Below, one piece after another: positions 49,810 through 64,000 of a stretch of DNA of 64,000 nucleotides. Below the pieces are notes generated by a model. It did no database searches, was not told where the DNA came from, and saw nothing but the letters and a program-made list of their open reading frames with translations. The stretch's first letter is position 1; every line of letters begins with the position of its first letter. Location: NCBI GenBank assembly GCA_964035545.1, contig OZ037770.1, positions 3,938,662-4,002,661 on the forward strand, given 5' to 3'. Source of the DNA: Bugula neritina (Eukaryota; Animalia; Bryozoa). Made by a program: the position numbers and the translations under genes.

Positions 49810-52800
49810 TAATTTGGTGGATTTCGGAATATTAAGTAGAAAACATAACTCCTTGTATTATAGAGAAGAGAGTGTCTTGAAATGTGAAGAAATAACTTTA
49901 ATGCAAATAGCCATTTGTAAGAGTTGTATATATCCAGCAAGCTCCAGCTGTAGAATGACTCTAAACACTGCGAGCTTGCATACTTATAAACTCAGGAAAC
50001 AATCCTTCCAGAAAATTCTACCAATCTTCAAACAAAAACAGGTCATGTCAAGTGTGCCGGAGTCTCCGATAGGATAGGATGACGACACTTCGACATGACC
50101 AATATCGGTCACGTCGGACAAGTCGGAGCTTCGACATGCCTGGTCTCAGACAAAGACCGGTTTACAGCATACGAAATTAAAGTTGAGAAAAAAGAAAAAA
50201 ATATTGTTGCAGTTAGGCTAAATAATAGTAAAGTTAAAGACAACTCCAAAACTTTCCCGACTCAACCTCCATCGAAAAGTATCTTTTTTGATAACTAGCA
50301 AAAATGACACGCAGTGAAATGAAATGTAACAAGAAAATATAATAAAATAATTAAAGTATATGCATGTCAAAAAGCAAAGATTACCTAGGAAAGGCATCAA
50401 CTCTACCTCCTGATCTACAAGGTAACCATAAAGAGACTCTTCTTTCAGTTCTACCTTAGCATTCTCACAATCCACCAGCTCAGTTTCAATCCAACTGAGT
50501 AATGTAAGCCATGCTAGACTCTAGAGATAGAGCATCTAGCCTTGAAGAAATAACTGGCTGACTAGAGCTAGTGGTTTCTGGCAGAGCAACTTCTATGACG
50601 TGGCAATTATTATCTGGAAAAACATGACTGTTTGTTGTAGAGTCTTGAGTTGAAATGACCGAACCACGTGTCATCAGGTTTTTATCTGACAACTCTGCGG
50701 TCACGTGACCTGTCACCCAGTTCACTAAATATCGCAGGGACAACATGACGATTGGAATTTCTTTGAATGTCGACACTGTTCTTTGGCTACTTCATGGGAA
50801 TTTCCTCCTATTCCAGGGTTATTCCCAGTATAAGACTTGAAGCATATACCCATACTGGGTGTACAACTCTCCCATTTTGTTGGCCTCTGTCGAGGACTAC
50901 AAATACTGATGAAGTTTGTTGTTCTGCGAGTTGCACAGGTCTGGCCCTGCCCACCCCAAAAGTAGGAACGTCCTCTACCTCCAGAATCACCGGGGCCAGC
51001 CCCAGAGCTAGCTGGGCTGAGGTTTGGATTAGGGACGGCTCCAATCCACGGTCTGGTCTAGGGATGAGGATTTCCCAGTCTCAAGGTTTAGCTATCCTCC
51101 ATCTCGTGATGGGCCAATGGGCTGGCTCCTGTTGTGGAGGTGCTTGTCCTGCAGCGTCGGGGCTTTTCAAGATTTGCCCAAAGCAAGCCACTCAACAATT
51201 GTGGCTGGGCAAAACTTCCACCACACAATAAGGTCCAACGAACTTGGGTCAAGGTTTAGCAAACTGGCCGTGATGCCTACGATAACTGATCATCCAAACC
51301 CAGGCACCTACCTGAGAGACATGTCACTTATGGTAGGATGACGCCTCTTCATGGTGGCACATCTGCCACATTAGCTAAGACACATCGTCTCTTTGGGGGC
51401 TACATCTGCTGCCCGCGATGACCTGCTGCTTTTTGACTTTTTCCTCTGTGTTGTCGTGATCTAATCAGGTACTAGAATGCTGCTCATCGGAGACAGCACG
51501 ACCCATAAAGGCTGGGTAGCCACTGATCGGGTGGCAGTGGCAGGGGTGTTCTCCTCTTGGTCACCTCAATTTTCGACCGGTAAGCCAGAAACCCCAGAGC
51601 AAGAGCTAGCTGTTTGCGGAGCTCCCCATGTGGCAAGATCAGGTCTCGGAACGCAGGGAGTATGACCTATAGACCAAACATCTTGCCCGTGTGGCAATGG
51701 GCTATGTGCTGGTGAGGCAGTATATAATCCTGTTGGTACGAATACTCACCACACCAACAATAGATATTGGTGAAATGTTGAGGGGCATGCACTTTCAGCC
51801 CCCAGTGAGTTCAAAACCTCCGCTCACACTAGTGACTTTTGACATTGCCTACTCATCACACGTTCAGTCATTCCGGGGCCGTGTCTCACTGGTTGTCCAG
51901 TGCTGCTGCGAGGTGGACAGCCTGAGTAGCTTCAAGACCTGACTGTAATCCTCTTTGCCATCAGGTTGGTCAGTGCTAGCTCTCCCACCACCTAGGATTG
52001 TCTGTTCCTTTCCCGCACACTGTTGCAGGTCTACGGAGTGGAGGACATACTCATCTGCCATGACAGGGGGCTGTAATCATCTGGGGAAAACCTTTTGAGC
52101 TGTTATTAGCCATGGGAGGGTTCTGGAGAAGGTAAGATTAAATACGACTCCATCCTGCATCTTCACAATTCATATTTGACTCTAAGAGAGAAGGCAGAGA
52201 CCGATTAAGGCCAATCTCATTGTTGCAGAAATTTAGCATTTGTTTGTATGGTGCCCTCATACACACAGGTAGCTCAGTCATACCTAGAAAAGTTGTTAAT
52301 CTCACATCCTAATTTAGAAGGTAATCATGAAGAGGCTCCTCTTTGAGTTCTACCAGAGCATCCTCACAATCCACCAACTCGGTTTCAATTCAACTGATTG
52401 TTCACTGATTACTGTAAGTCGTGCTAGATTCCAAAGATAGAGGATCTAGCTCAAAAGAAATACTTGGCTGAATAGAGCTAGTGGTTTTTTGAGTAGATCT
52501 CATGCCGTGGCAATAGTCATTAAAAAAACAAGTCTGTTCAATGTGAAGTCTTGAGTTGAAATGCCCAAACCGTGTGTTATCAGGTGTTCATCTGACAGCC
52601 CTGCAGTCGCGTGGCTTGTCACCGAATTCACCAAATATTGTAGGCACGACTCTGATCATTGGAGTTTCTTTAAACTTTGACGCTGTTCTTTGGTCACTCC
52701 ATAGGAATTCCATCTCATTCAAGGATTATTTCTAGTATGGAACACAAAGCATTTACACGTATTGGGTGTACAACTCTCACCTGGTAACATCTCTAACATC

Positions 52801-55800
52801 TCCCTCTCATTCTAGGACTATTTACCTGTACTGGGTGTACAACTCCTCCCTGGTAGCATCTCCAGGTGCCCAACATGGTAGTCAGCCAGATACCCTGCAA
52901 TCTCCTATTTTATTGGCATCTGTCCAGGCCTACGGATAGTGATGAAGCTTGTTGTTGTGCGGATTCCACAGGTGGAGTGGTCCTGCCCTCGCCTACCCCA
53001 AGGGTAGAGACGTCCTCTATCCTAGAGCCTTTGGGGCAAGCCCCAGAGCTGACTAGGCCGGGGTTTAGATTAAGGTGCGATTTTAACCCGTAGTCTGGCC
53101 TAGAGAGCTAGGATCTAGATCTCCCATTTCTTGGGTTGAGCTATTCCGTCATCTTATAATAAGCCGACAATTTGACTCTAATGGTGGAAGTGCCTGTCCT
53201 GTAGCGTTGGGGCTGGCCCAGTATGGCTTCGGCCGCAGCTCACTTTGGACTGATATTTTTCCAAAGCGCTCCACTCAATAAATGTGGTTGGGCAAGACAA
53301 CCAGCACACAGTAAGGTCAAACGAACTTGAGCTGTAGCTTATCTGACTGTCCACAACACCTAGGATAACTGATCAATCAAACCTCGTTCCCTACTTGTTA
53401 TGAAGTCACCCACCTGTTACGGAGGAGAAGTCCTCCAAGCCTCCTATTGGCACCTTCTATTATTTCTCTTGCCAAACTTCATGGGCTGTACTTATCTTCT
53501 CTATCAGTTTCTCCATATACGCATGTAGTGGGTACTCGAGCACTGGAACATGGTATATTAGGTGCGCGGGAACCCTGGTCTCTCTGGCAAGCATCAAAAG
53601 GTTCAGGAGCTTCTGCGTGCTAAAGTGGGGCATGATGCGGTAGGTCCGCATGATTTGTGGCAGCACCGCATTCCATCCTTTTGACTCCTGCTTAAGTTTA
53701 GGCTCCTGAGGGCATCACGCGACATCCTGTTGTTGAGTTCCACAATTCTGTTCACTTGCAGATGATATGAAGTTTTTCAGCTCTAGTTCACCCCCTATAT
53801 CTGGCAGAGTTAACCCATTAGTTGGGACTGAAACAGGGTACCCTGGTCTGTATGAATCTTTTCTGGTAACCTGAAATAACAAAACACATGTAGGTCTAGA
53901 GCCTGCGCCATTGTGGGGGCTGACGTGTCTGGAATAGCTTGTGCGTCTGCCCACTGCCTGAAGTGGTCTGTGAGAACCAGTACCCAGGTGTTATCTCTGT
54001 CAGAAAACAGCATAGGACCAACTAAGTTTACCCCCAATTTTTGCCACGGTCGACAGGCATACAGCTGCGTTAACTAATGTAGCCAACTGAGGAACTGCTC
54101 CATGAGTCATTGGAAAGTTGCCTGGGCAGCCAATTATCTACATGACAGTACTCTCCAGTTTCACAGCCTTTCAATCATGGGCGACGCATGCTGCCTGTTG
54201 CTTAGGGTCAGAACAGAGGGGTACTTGCCAGCACTCACTCAGCAAATCAAAGTACTTAAGTATTTGGTTCCTGCAAGGTATCCAAGAACTCATCTATCCA
54301 ATAGAGGGGGTTAAAATCCTGGATGGTGACACTGTTGAGGCTGCGATAGTTTACGCAGAAGCTCTAACTGCCACCCTTCTTTTTGACTAAGGCTACTGGT
54401 GAGCTCTACGCAGTATGGGCTGACTTAATCAGGTCCCGGTCAAAGAGGTTTAGTACCTGTTGATTCAACTCCTTCTCCCTGCACTGTCGTTGAGTTGGCT
54501 GTTTTATGAGCACAATGTTGGCTGCCAAGGAAATCTTGTGGCAGATGATTTTGGTCAACCCTGTGTCATTGCCTCCACAGTTGAATATGCTACTGTACTC
54601 CAGGAGTAGTTCAGCCGGTTCTTGGCACTCCGAGCAATTCCTACAGCTTCAACAGGGTCAGTCATACAGGTAAGCAACACACTCCGGGGATTGCTCCCTG
54701 TCTGGTCCCTGGGCGCTGGTCACTTTCTCCGATGCCAGCCCCACATGGGCTTTTTGGAAAAAGTAGTACCTCCCCACAACGGCACTAGTCAGCAGTTTGA
54801 TTGGCTTTGTGAAAGGGTTGATGCATTGCCCGCGAAGCTCCCCGACATCAGTCTCGCCGATTCAGGTTGTTTGTCAATTGAATCTTCCTATACATCCCTT
54901 CCACCACTTCAAGCTTCGTAATCATCCTCCAGTTGACCGTTATGGTACCGTGCAGTCCTGTACTACCCGAGTTCTGCTCACCAAGGGCCTGCCAAATTTG
55001 TTGACAAAGAAATGTTTAGAAATCTATGTGACACTGGTGTTTTTTCAAGAATGGAATGCCCAAGATGGCATCCTCCTTTAAGTAATTGAAAATGAAGGTC
55101 TTGTAGATCACCCGATCATAGACTAGTGTAGGTAGTGTAATGATGCCGTAGAACGGAATGCCCGACCAGCCCACCTATGTCACTATGTCCACCTACATAT
55201 GGCTCAATGCTAGCTCTCTCTCAAATGCCAAGCGTGTCAAAGAGATGCCGACTCAACATTTTTATGGTGGACCTAGTATCCAGTAGTAAGGCTGCAGCTT
55301 TACCTGCAATCTTATGGAGTAGGAAGTAGCTGCCACCGTACGGCTGAGTACTTCTCTGAAGCAGTCAGTGTCTGGCAGAGACACTTCTTGAGTCCTTACG
55401 CCGGGCCTCCTCTTCGACTTCACGACATCGGAGGCTTTCCGAGGTTTAGAGCGTAGCTTGGAGTCCTTTTCGGCAACTTTGTCGGGTAACTCCGAGAACC
55501 GGTTGCTGAGTGGCTAGGCAGAAGGTTTCGGTAGACTTTGCGGTCTTTTAGATCTTTCTAGTGCGTGCCATCTTAAGTCAAGAGACTCAATCCCAATGTT
55601 GAGTGACCAGACAAGAAGTTTGTGCAGACCTCTCAGCCCCCGAGATCTTTGAGGTGTCTGCCATTTGGCGTCGACAGGCTCCATTGGCATCCTTCTAAAC
55701 GAGGCTGACTCTGGACCCACAGTTGGCGGAAGTTATCGCAGGTATCCGGTGTTTAGAAGCACCTTCTTTCACCGTTGGGCATTCTCACTGCATGTGTACA

Positions 55801-58800
55801 TTTGTACCACACTCCCAACAAGTGAGTGGTGGCGACCTGATGGGGTCATTCCATGACCAGGGCAAATGCCGATCAGCTTGAGTCTGTAGGCCCTTCATCG
55901 TATTCATCGACATGAGGATTTTGTAGGGCTGTGGTATCAGCCACGACTTGAAGTGCTGGCGTGGTGGGTTGGACTGCCTCCTGTCCTGTTTCTTTAGTTT
56001 GGTTAGCAGTTAGTCTTTCCACTTGATAATAGGCTTTTTCCATCTCTACCGCTACTTCAATAGAGTCGACGTTAGATGCCAGTAAGTAGCGCTTCAGTCC
56101 TGCATAATTAGGTGCCCTTAAAATCAACTCATACCCCATGCTCTGAGCTATTTCTTTTTTGTTTGGCTGTGAGCTATCAATGACAACTTTTTTATCTGGT
56201 AAATGAATCCTGAAAGGATATCCTACGGTCTCTCCTGAGACTCTGGAGTTTTTCTCCAGCGTCTCGAGCGTTCATACCAAATCAAGTCACAGTTAGTTTA
56301 AGGTCATACTTTTCATTTTCTGGCTCTTTGCCAGGTGCTTTATGTTCTATATGAACAATGTTCCACTGATAGCTCAAACAGGTTGAATGTCACAGGAACA
56401 AAAAAAATATGAAAAGATAAAGAAACTTATGTTCTCCAATATACTTTTTTATTTTTTTCAAAAGCCAACTCGTGTTTAAGTTATAGCTTCTTGAAAAACA
56501 TAGTTCCCCTTCCACATTCTTTTTCAATTTATACGCTCCTGACTTGTTATTGTGTCTCAATATGCCTTGTATTTGAGTGCTCGTTAGTCTCGCTTCACTA
56601 ACTTTGCCTATACTTCACAAGTGCCAGTGCTGCTGGCTCAAAAGCTAAATGTTATAAACTGTCAGCTAAAACCCAATCTTGTATTCCTAGGTTGGTTGGC
56701 CTAAATAAAACAATAGTCAAATCATGATTTCATGTTTTAAAAATTTACTCTATTCTAACCTGCTGCCTAGCTAGTTCTATTTTTGATAAATAATTACAAA
56801 ATTTGTGATACATTTTTTTGGCAACCATGTGATTTATAAAATGCAGTAAGGGTACTCATAATATTATATTATTATCATTATAATATATTATATAGTATTA
56901 TGTGTGTTTTTATTATACTGCATAATATCTATTTTATTATTGTTGTTGTGCAAACAAGTGCAATTAACCTAGTTTTCAAAATGTACCTCTAAATTATCAG
57001 AATATCAGTTTAGATATTTTCATGCTTTGTAAGGTAAACCTAAAAAAAGAGGCTGTATTCCCAAAGTAAAGGGTGTTGAACTATGAACTATATTAGATTA
57101 GCCACTCTGCTACCAAGTGCATCAGTATAATATTATATGAATAGCTCTGATGCTTTGTCTCCGGTGGCTGGCTGCGATATGATAACTTGGCCAACTTCCA
57201 AGAGTTTAAAATTGGCGCAATTATTCAAAAGGTTACATACTGCACAGAGCTAGCAGTGGTAGTAACCTTACTATTGACAGTACTTATTACAACTGCCAGC
57301 ATATAAGCTGCATTGTAGAATGCCGTTGGGGTAGGCTAGTAAAACCAAATTCTGCTCTCTAATATACCTTAGACACAATGCAGCAACATAATTGTTCGTT
57401 TCAAATTACATTGCCACCCTTACATGAGCTGTGGGCTTCATAAAGATTCATATGATTAGAGATTTATGCTATAGGCTAGCTATGATGAAAATAACACACC
57501 AATGTCAAAGTTAACTTCAAGTATGTTGTTTTCCAGAAACTCAGTAGCCTAATGTCCATTTATCTCTCGCATACAAATACTTATGTAATAGCATACAGTA
57601 TAAGTTTTATTTTAGAGCACATCTGCAAACTCTATAATAAGAGCTTGCTTTACCAGTCCATTTCAGACCTGTTTTTGTAGCTAGTAATACGCAAGCTACT
57701 TATTTTTAAACTTTTGGGTTATTTGTTCAAAACCATTAGCTTTGCTAGTAACCCGAAACTATTGCAACAGTTGACTGCTATCAACATGAATTGACAGCCT
57801 AATAATTATAACCCGTTTGCGCGCGAAATATTCATGTAATGATAGTTACTCATATAGTGCCCGTCTCATTACCGATGACTGCGTGGTCCAGAGGTTAGAG
57901 GCGTCAGCGACGAGTTGGTTGGTCATAGTTCAACCCTGTTGCAATTTTTTTTGTCAACTTATGCAAATCCTACGCATGTATAATAAATATGGCTATAATT
58001 GTAAAGTTTTTTTTTAACTTTTGTTCAACAGTGAGACAACATACATGCATAATTATTAGATACTGAACATTGGACTAAACCTTAAATTGATCTTATAGAA
58101 TACAATGTACTTAAAATAATCATATGTGAATTAGAGAAACTGAAAGTACACCTGCTGCGCTATAGACAGACCTTTACTGACAAGACTGCAAAGTGAAGTG
58201 ATTTAGCTGAAATTAACTCTGCCAAACAAACAAAGAATTATGTTGTGCTGAGGCATTTTCAATATATTATTGTAACATAGTGAGATGATTCAGCTAAGTG
58301 CTAATGTAAAACAGGGAACATTATATTGGCAGAAATCCAATAGATTGCCAATTTGTGCGAGAGGGTACTATATGTTATTGTGATAGCGCAGAGCGGCAAA
58401 CGTACTCGGAATGTTATAATTAGTCACAGGAGCGTAGCTAGAACCACCATATGAAGAATTTAGAAAATTGCAGTGAAACTTGCAAAATGGTGTATGTTTT
58501 GACCAAATTGTGAAGAGCATAAACAGAATTTCAAAAAACAAAAAAAGTATATTAGAGAAAACATATCAAGGAATGTCAAGTTTAATTTTTAGACTTTATA
58601 AAATGAATCCCCTGTGCTACAGCAGTGGAACATGGAGGGTGTAAAATTTTACTTATTATGCAACAACTTTCTCAGAAAATTTTTTATTGAAAAATTAAAA
58701 AAGCATAAGAAAGAGGAATGCAAGAGCTATCTTTTCATGTAAAATTTGTTAATGTGAGACAAAAACTGTTTGAGCTATCCCCTGGAAACCGTTTATATAT

Positions 58801-59440
58801 AACATAAAGCAGTGCCTGAATCTGGAAAGTAATGACCTTAAACTAACTGTGAGTCCCTAAGGCCCGAAAGATGTACGTGACCCACGCCGAGATCTAGGCT
58901 ATAATACTTGGGCTTGTCCGTTAAGTGGGTTCGGAGCTAGAGAGGTCACTATTTGGCAATTTCTGCAACATCCTTGAAATCATTAATTAACTGCTTAAGA
59001 CGCTCTCTTTAAAAGAGAGAAGAGGGTATCTTGAAATGTGTAGGAAGAATTTTATTTAGATAGCAGCTTCCAAGAGTTGTTTTTGTCTGGCGAGCTCCGG
59101 CAGTTGAATGGCTCTACACTGCAAGATCGTCTCTCTATATACCCTGTAATTATTTCTTCCAGAAGACTCTATCGACCTTCGACCGAAAATTGATCATGTC
59201 GGAGTCTCCAATCGGATGCCCGACACTACGACATGACTAAAATTGGTCCTGTCGGACGTGGCGCAGCTCCAACTCAATTGTCCAACACTCTGACATGCCT
59301 GATCTCAGACAAAGACCCTTTTTTAGCATAAAAAAATTAAAAAGAAAAACAAAGAATATGCCCAATCTCGGACAAAGACCGTCTTTTTAGCATAAAAAAA
59401 CATAAGAGAACAAAAAAAGAATATCGTTGCGCTAGGTTAA
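49810..59440 (-). mobile_element. Decayed Gypsy complex, copy B (interrupted by a DNA transposon at 56288-58851)
   Basis: Colinear homology to 10810-18690. Integrase fragment at 53810-54037. Confidence 0.85.
56288..58851. mobile_element. Non-autonomous DNA transposon, 2564 bp, 20-bp perfect TIR CACAGTTAGTTTAAGGTCAT, 3-bp TSD AGT (CMC/Chapaev-like)
   Basis: Empty site in copy A (ATCAAGTCCCT at ~18106). TSD at 56285-56287 and 58852-58854. Imperfect IR extends ~100 bp. No transposase ORF seen. Confidence 0.9.
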
Positions 59441-62400
59441 ATGATAGTTCAGTAATATACTGAAATATTGTAATAAGTTGTAATATACTGATCCATACTG
59501 TAATATACTGATACATACTTTAATACACTGTAACATACTTTAATATCCTAAAAAATACTGCAATACAAGATAATACACTGCAATATATGACAATTCAATG
59601 TAGTACACTGTAACAAATTGTCAGACAATGTAATATCCTGCTTAATTTTCTGTAAGAAATTGTAAGACACGACAATAAAATGTAATAAACTGTAATATAT
59701 AGCGTAATCACACTGTAATAAACTGTAATAAACTGTAATATACTGAAATATACTGTAATACATTCTACTAGACCACTCCAAAGCTCGCCAAACTACGCAC
59801 TCCTAATCATATTTCCCTGAACCATTAGACTCAGTGGCTCTGCCCGCTCAGTTACGCATGATGCATTTATAGATTTTTATATAAACATAAACATAGACAA
59901 TAAATGAACAGAGACTTGTAGTCTGTATCCCTACTTTGTAGTACTGATTAGAGATTTACCTAGTTTTACTATTTCTACTCTCAATATATATTTACTGCCG
60001 AGAAGAGATGATTACTAGAAGAGGATTTATAGAATTATGACAGTAAGACAATGAGGGGAGTATTCCTACACAACTACCAGAATACCTGTGTTCTCCAGTC
60101 ACCTGAACCAGTGTAACCTAGACTATTAGTGTAAGCTAGACTATTAGTGCAAGGTAGAATATTAGAGCTAATTATTTATGGTGATTATCAGCCAAGTCAG
60201 GAGTTGAATAAAGAACTTAGATAAATTAAAGCGCGCATACCCAGAGATCCAACAGTTGAAGTCTGAACCATCAGGTTACACATATTTTTTTACATTCAAG
60301 CGCATACAATCAACTATAAAAATAATATTTATCTCTGTGAGAAGCAAATCATAAAAACAAAAGCAGTCAAAACAAGTAATGGATGAGCCAAGTAATATAG
60401 CATTTTATTATACGACTATAGCGGAGCCATAATCATATAAAAAAACTCACACGAGTTTATAGTCACCATCACTGTGGGAAAACTCCTGATGGAAGAGCTT
60501 TTGTTAAAAACGGCTAAATGCCTATTTGGATGGGCACATGAGCAATTACTACTCGATGCACTTCCTAACATCACTAATGGCCTTTGTTGGGCTCAAACCC
60601 ATGACCTTTGTGCTTACTAGGCAAACGCTCTAACCCCTAGACCATGCAGAGCCATCGTCATATAGTTGACTTATAAATTGATTTATGCAAATACAATCTC
60701 ATTAAATTAAACTTGTATCTCATTTGGCCGACATTTAGATTAAACGGGTTGTTAAACACATATTTCATATTTTTTTGCTGTTGAAAAAAATCTATCTACC
60801 ATTCTCAGTAATATGAAGCTATTTTGTTGGCAGGTAAAATAAATTATATGCTTGAAACAGAAAATCCTAAGGAAGCTGCGAATTTAAATGAGAATGAACT
60901 AGAAATACTTATGGGTGGTTTTCATTGAATCAACTTGTACTAAAAATTAACAGATCACTAAAATAAATTATATAGAACTGTTACAAATACAAAAGTACTG
61001 AAAATTATTACATGAAAACAACTTAAACTCTGGCTATAACAATAGCCTCAAAACTAAACTTCAGCAAACATACAAAACACCCATAAAGCTAAAAACACAC
61101 CTTGAGCTAATTTAGTTTGCTTTTTCATATAAGTTTCTTCAAACATTCTATTTTGCTACACAAATAGATGTTGAACAATAACATACTGTATTGTATTGAG
61201 ACAAGCAATGTAGCTAGAGCATACCTAAACATAACTCAAACCAACCAGGAGTACTACACAACAACCTGTAACAAAGTACATCAACTACACCTAGCTTAAA
61301 CAGCAGTGATGGAACTTCTATAGCTGTAGTGTATCCATAATAGCAGAGTTTCTAGAGGCCAAGTCTAAGAAATCACTAGTGCACTAAGAATTTTTTATAA
61401 TAGGTAGATAAACATAAATAATTTTCAAAAGCAAAAAAGTAAACATACTTCGGCGATTCTTTGAATATATTGTACTTTTTCACTATGTTACTCTAATTTT
61501 TCATCAACTAAACCTAAGGCCACACGGTGCGTATTTTCAAATGCGAAAATTGAAATCACAAGTAGCAAAGGTGTCCACTGTACGCGTTGAGAAAACATTT
61601 GCACTTGTCGCTCAGCATTCTCAACGCAAGTGCGAATCGTCTCTGTCGTCGTCACCTAATTGGCTGGTAGTTATTCAGCGAGCCCAACTTCTTCATTTTA
61701 GTGCTACATTCCAATAAATTGCGTTTTATTAAAAGCGAGTGAGATTTAAAAATGAAAGCTTTATTTATCCCACATCACTGACGCTACAGTGGACACCTTT
61801 GCTACTTGTGCTTTCAATTTTTGCATGCGAAAATACGCCCTGTGTGGCCCTAGGCTTAGTATTTGAATCTGCAACTAGTCAGCTCAAGTGTTGGGCATGG
61901 ACTGCTTACTTAAGAGAGTACATGGATTTGATGTTAATTGTAATTTTGGCAGCAACTAAAATCATAAACAAGGCCATATATTGTTTATGTGATTGCTGGT
62001 TGTTTGCGGAACTTTCACTGGGTGTTTTTGCAATGGTGTAACCTAAACACACCACTTTTTACAGTTTTTCTTTAAGATTTTTAGCCCAATATACATCAAA
62101 ATTTAAGCAATTTTCTTCTGTACCTCAAATTACATAGTGTGGTCAAATTGTGTAAATATTCCGTTTAAGATTATTGTGTGAACTTTTTCTGTAACCAAAT
62201 TGTACTCATACTATTATTTTCACGGTATTAATAGCTTCATGTATCTTTTGCATTTTGTTTCGATGCACTTGCATGATATTTTATTTTGCTTATTTCATTC
62301 ATTTTGCTGTCCGATTCCGGACTGAAAATTTGAGATTCGAGTGCTGAGCTGGCTGACTCGAGACCGAGGCTCTTAGACATGCGATTGTGATAAAGCCATT

Positions 62401-64000
62401 TTGGGCAGCCTCATATATGAGTGAGTTAAAAGCCCAATGCAGTCAGTGAGGACACTTCTACCAACTACCAAGGGATATTTACATCTGCTCCAAACTTAGT
62501 ATTGAGTATCATAACATATTGTATATTTCAAACCTTACAAATAAAATTGTCACCAAATTTATAACTGATGATAACCATTTCATAAGTCCTTGATTTAATT
62601 CCGCTCTAAAAAATATAAAACTATCAAGTTTAGAGGAGCATGGGCAGGGAGATTATTTAAGCTAACCTTGTAGATACATTTTGAGATGAGCTTTCTCTTG
62701 AATAATCCGACATAGTTGTGGAATGCTGTTTCAGGCAAACAAAGCTGACGATTTCCTGGTAAGAGGAAGGTAAAGAATAATCCAGTGATATTAGTACAAG
62801 AGGCAGAACTGGATGGTGAATTAGCTTCACAATGAAGGCTGTGATTCAGCTCTCCAAAAACAATTAGGCAACTGGACAGGCACCACTTGGTAGCAGGTCC
62901 CACTCGCTGGTTTTCGATGAAGAATGCAATGTTGAACAGTCGGTAAAGGAGTTCCAAGAGATAGCCACCATCACCAAGTGGCGAGCACCAATAGCGCTCC
63001 TTCAACTGCCATTCTGCATGCTTGACCAGATCATGTTCTCCAGAGTGGGTATTGATGTTAACTATATTTTTTGAAACCATCTGCTCTCGATTCGAGCTGA
63101 CCACACATGATATAAAAGCCTGGTTACAGGGACTACGGCGAAAGCCTAAGACATCCTTACAGGATTATGCCAACACGGTACAGAAGCTCATCTAGGTTGC
63201 CTATGGTAACTTAGATTTTGAAACTCGACTGACTCTAGCCTTTAAAGCGTTTTGACAATTGCTCAATAATCGTGGCCAGTAGTGACATTTCCTCGTTGGT
63301 GAAATATAGGCGACCGAGGTCGCTCTGAACAGATTAAAGGCCTACTTTTGCAGCGGAGACTCTCATAGGGCTGATGGAAGTGCTCAAGAGATAGAGCTAG
63401 CATGGAGAAGAACTGCTCCAGCTACCCAGCCAAATTTTTTGGTGGCAGCCACGACCGCAGCCTCGCCGACCCTAACCAAATTTTCCATGTTACTGAAAGA
63501 AGTGAGGAGTATGCGGTAAAAACAAAAAAACACACCAGAACTACGACTAGGCTGAGCCGATCAGTAGATAACCACACTTGTATGATTTCTTCTCGCATGT
63601 ACCGTGTGCTGAAAGTCATGTTTGGTGAAAATGCCCTCAAGGAGGGGAGGCATTTTTTTTACATCCCAAGAACGGGAAGGTCTTGAATTGCATTGATGGA
63701 CAGAACATGCATTTTCTGCTACGCCACATTTTTACGACCTGGAAGGGTCCATGTTCAAGTGATGCACTGGGCAATGTCAATCAGCTAATATAAGATACCA
63801 TTCTAGACATGCTATTGCTTGAGGAGCACCAGTGTCAAATGCACTCACAGAAGTAAGCGACAATGATGGCTTGAAAAGGGTATTCTCATGTAAAAAGTTT
63901 AGCAGACCCTCACAGCACATTGCTCGGGCGCTCCCAAGGTACGTTGCTCTGCAGAGTCAACTACAGAGAAGTCTCCCAGTTGGCAGTTGTGCAAGACAAA

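Larger units (their letters stand above)
41964..61401 (+). repeat. Segmental tandem duplication of 1-20869 (direct), continuing as an inverted copy of 21256-23838 at 61401-64000
   Basis: Colinear similarity of exons, introns and TE relics throughout (roughly 90-95% by eye), with copy-specific indels. Confidence 0.95.

Noticed and set aside
56288-56330. TIR start CACAGTT resembles the RAG recombination signal heptamer CACAGTG, tempting a V(D)J-like link to the LRR cassettes
   Set aside because: There is no nonamer at 12/23 spacing, the TSD is 3 bp rather than the 5 bp of Transib/RAG transposons, and no such signals flank the LRR exons.

Overview
AT-rich, intron-containing DNA of an invertebrate animal (no prokaryotic features). 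The window holds two diverged tandem copies, about 42 kb apart, of a minus-strand multi-exon gene. Manual splicing of the complete copy (gene B, ATG 48979 to TAA 38077, 13 coding exons, all GT-AG, 3822 nt including stop, 1273 aa) gives: N-terminal cap, an array of 138-nt phase-2/2 two-LRR cassette exons, ROC GTPase-COR, an acidic linker, and a caspase (p20/p10) domain whose QACxG motif reads EASSG. The LRR cassettes differ in number between copies (6 plus relics in A, 4 in B), vary mainly at the exposed xLxx positions and look mosaic. This suggests a rapidly diversifying intracellular receptor fused to a (pseudo)caspase. Copy A has a 5-nt frameshift at the LRR/ROC junction, and its introns carry three type-I hammerhead ribozymes within a structured, retrozyme-like 271-nt repeat next to (TA)n tracts. 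Also present: an intronless orphan 7TM GPCR, decayed Gypsy retroelements upstream of each gene copy, a CAC-terminal 2.56-kb DNA transposon unique to copy B, MITEs, solo LTRs, a tRNA-derived SINE head, long microsatellites and a ~3-kb inversion between the copies. Gene models come from sequence alone, with no transcript evidence.
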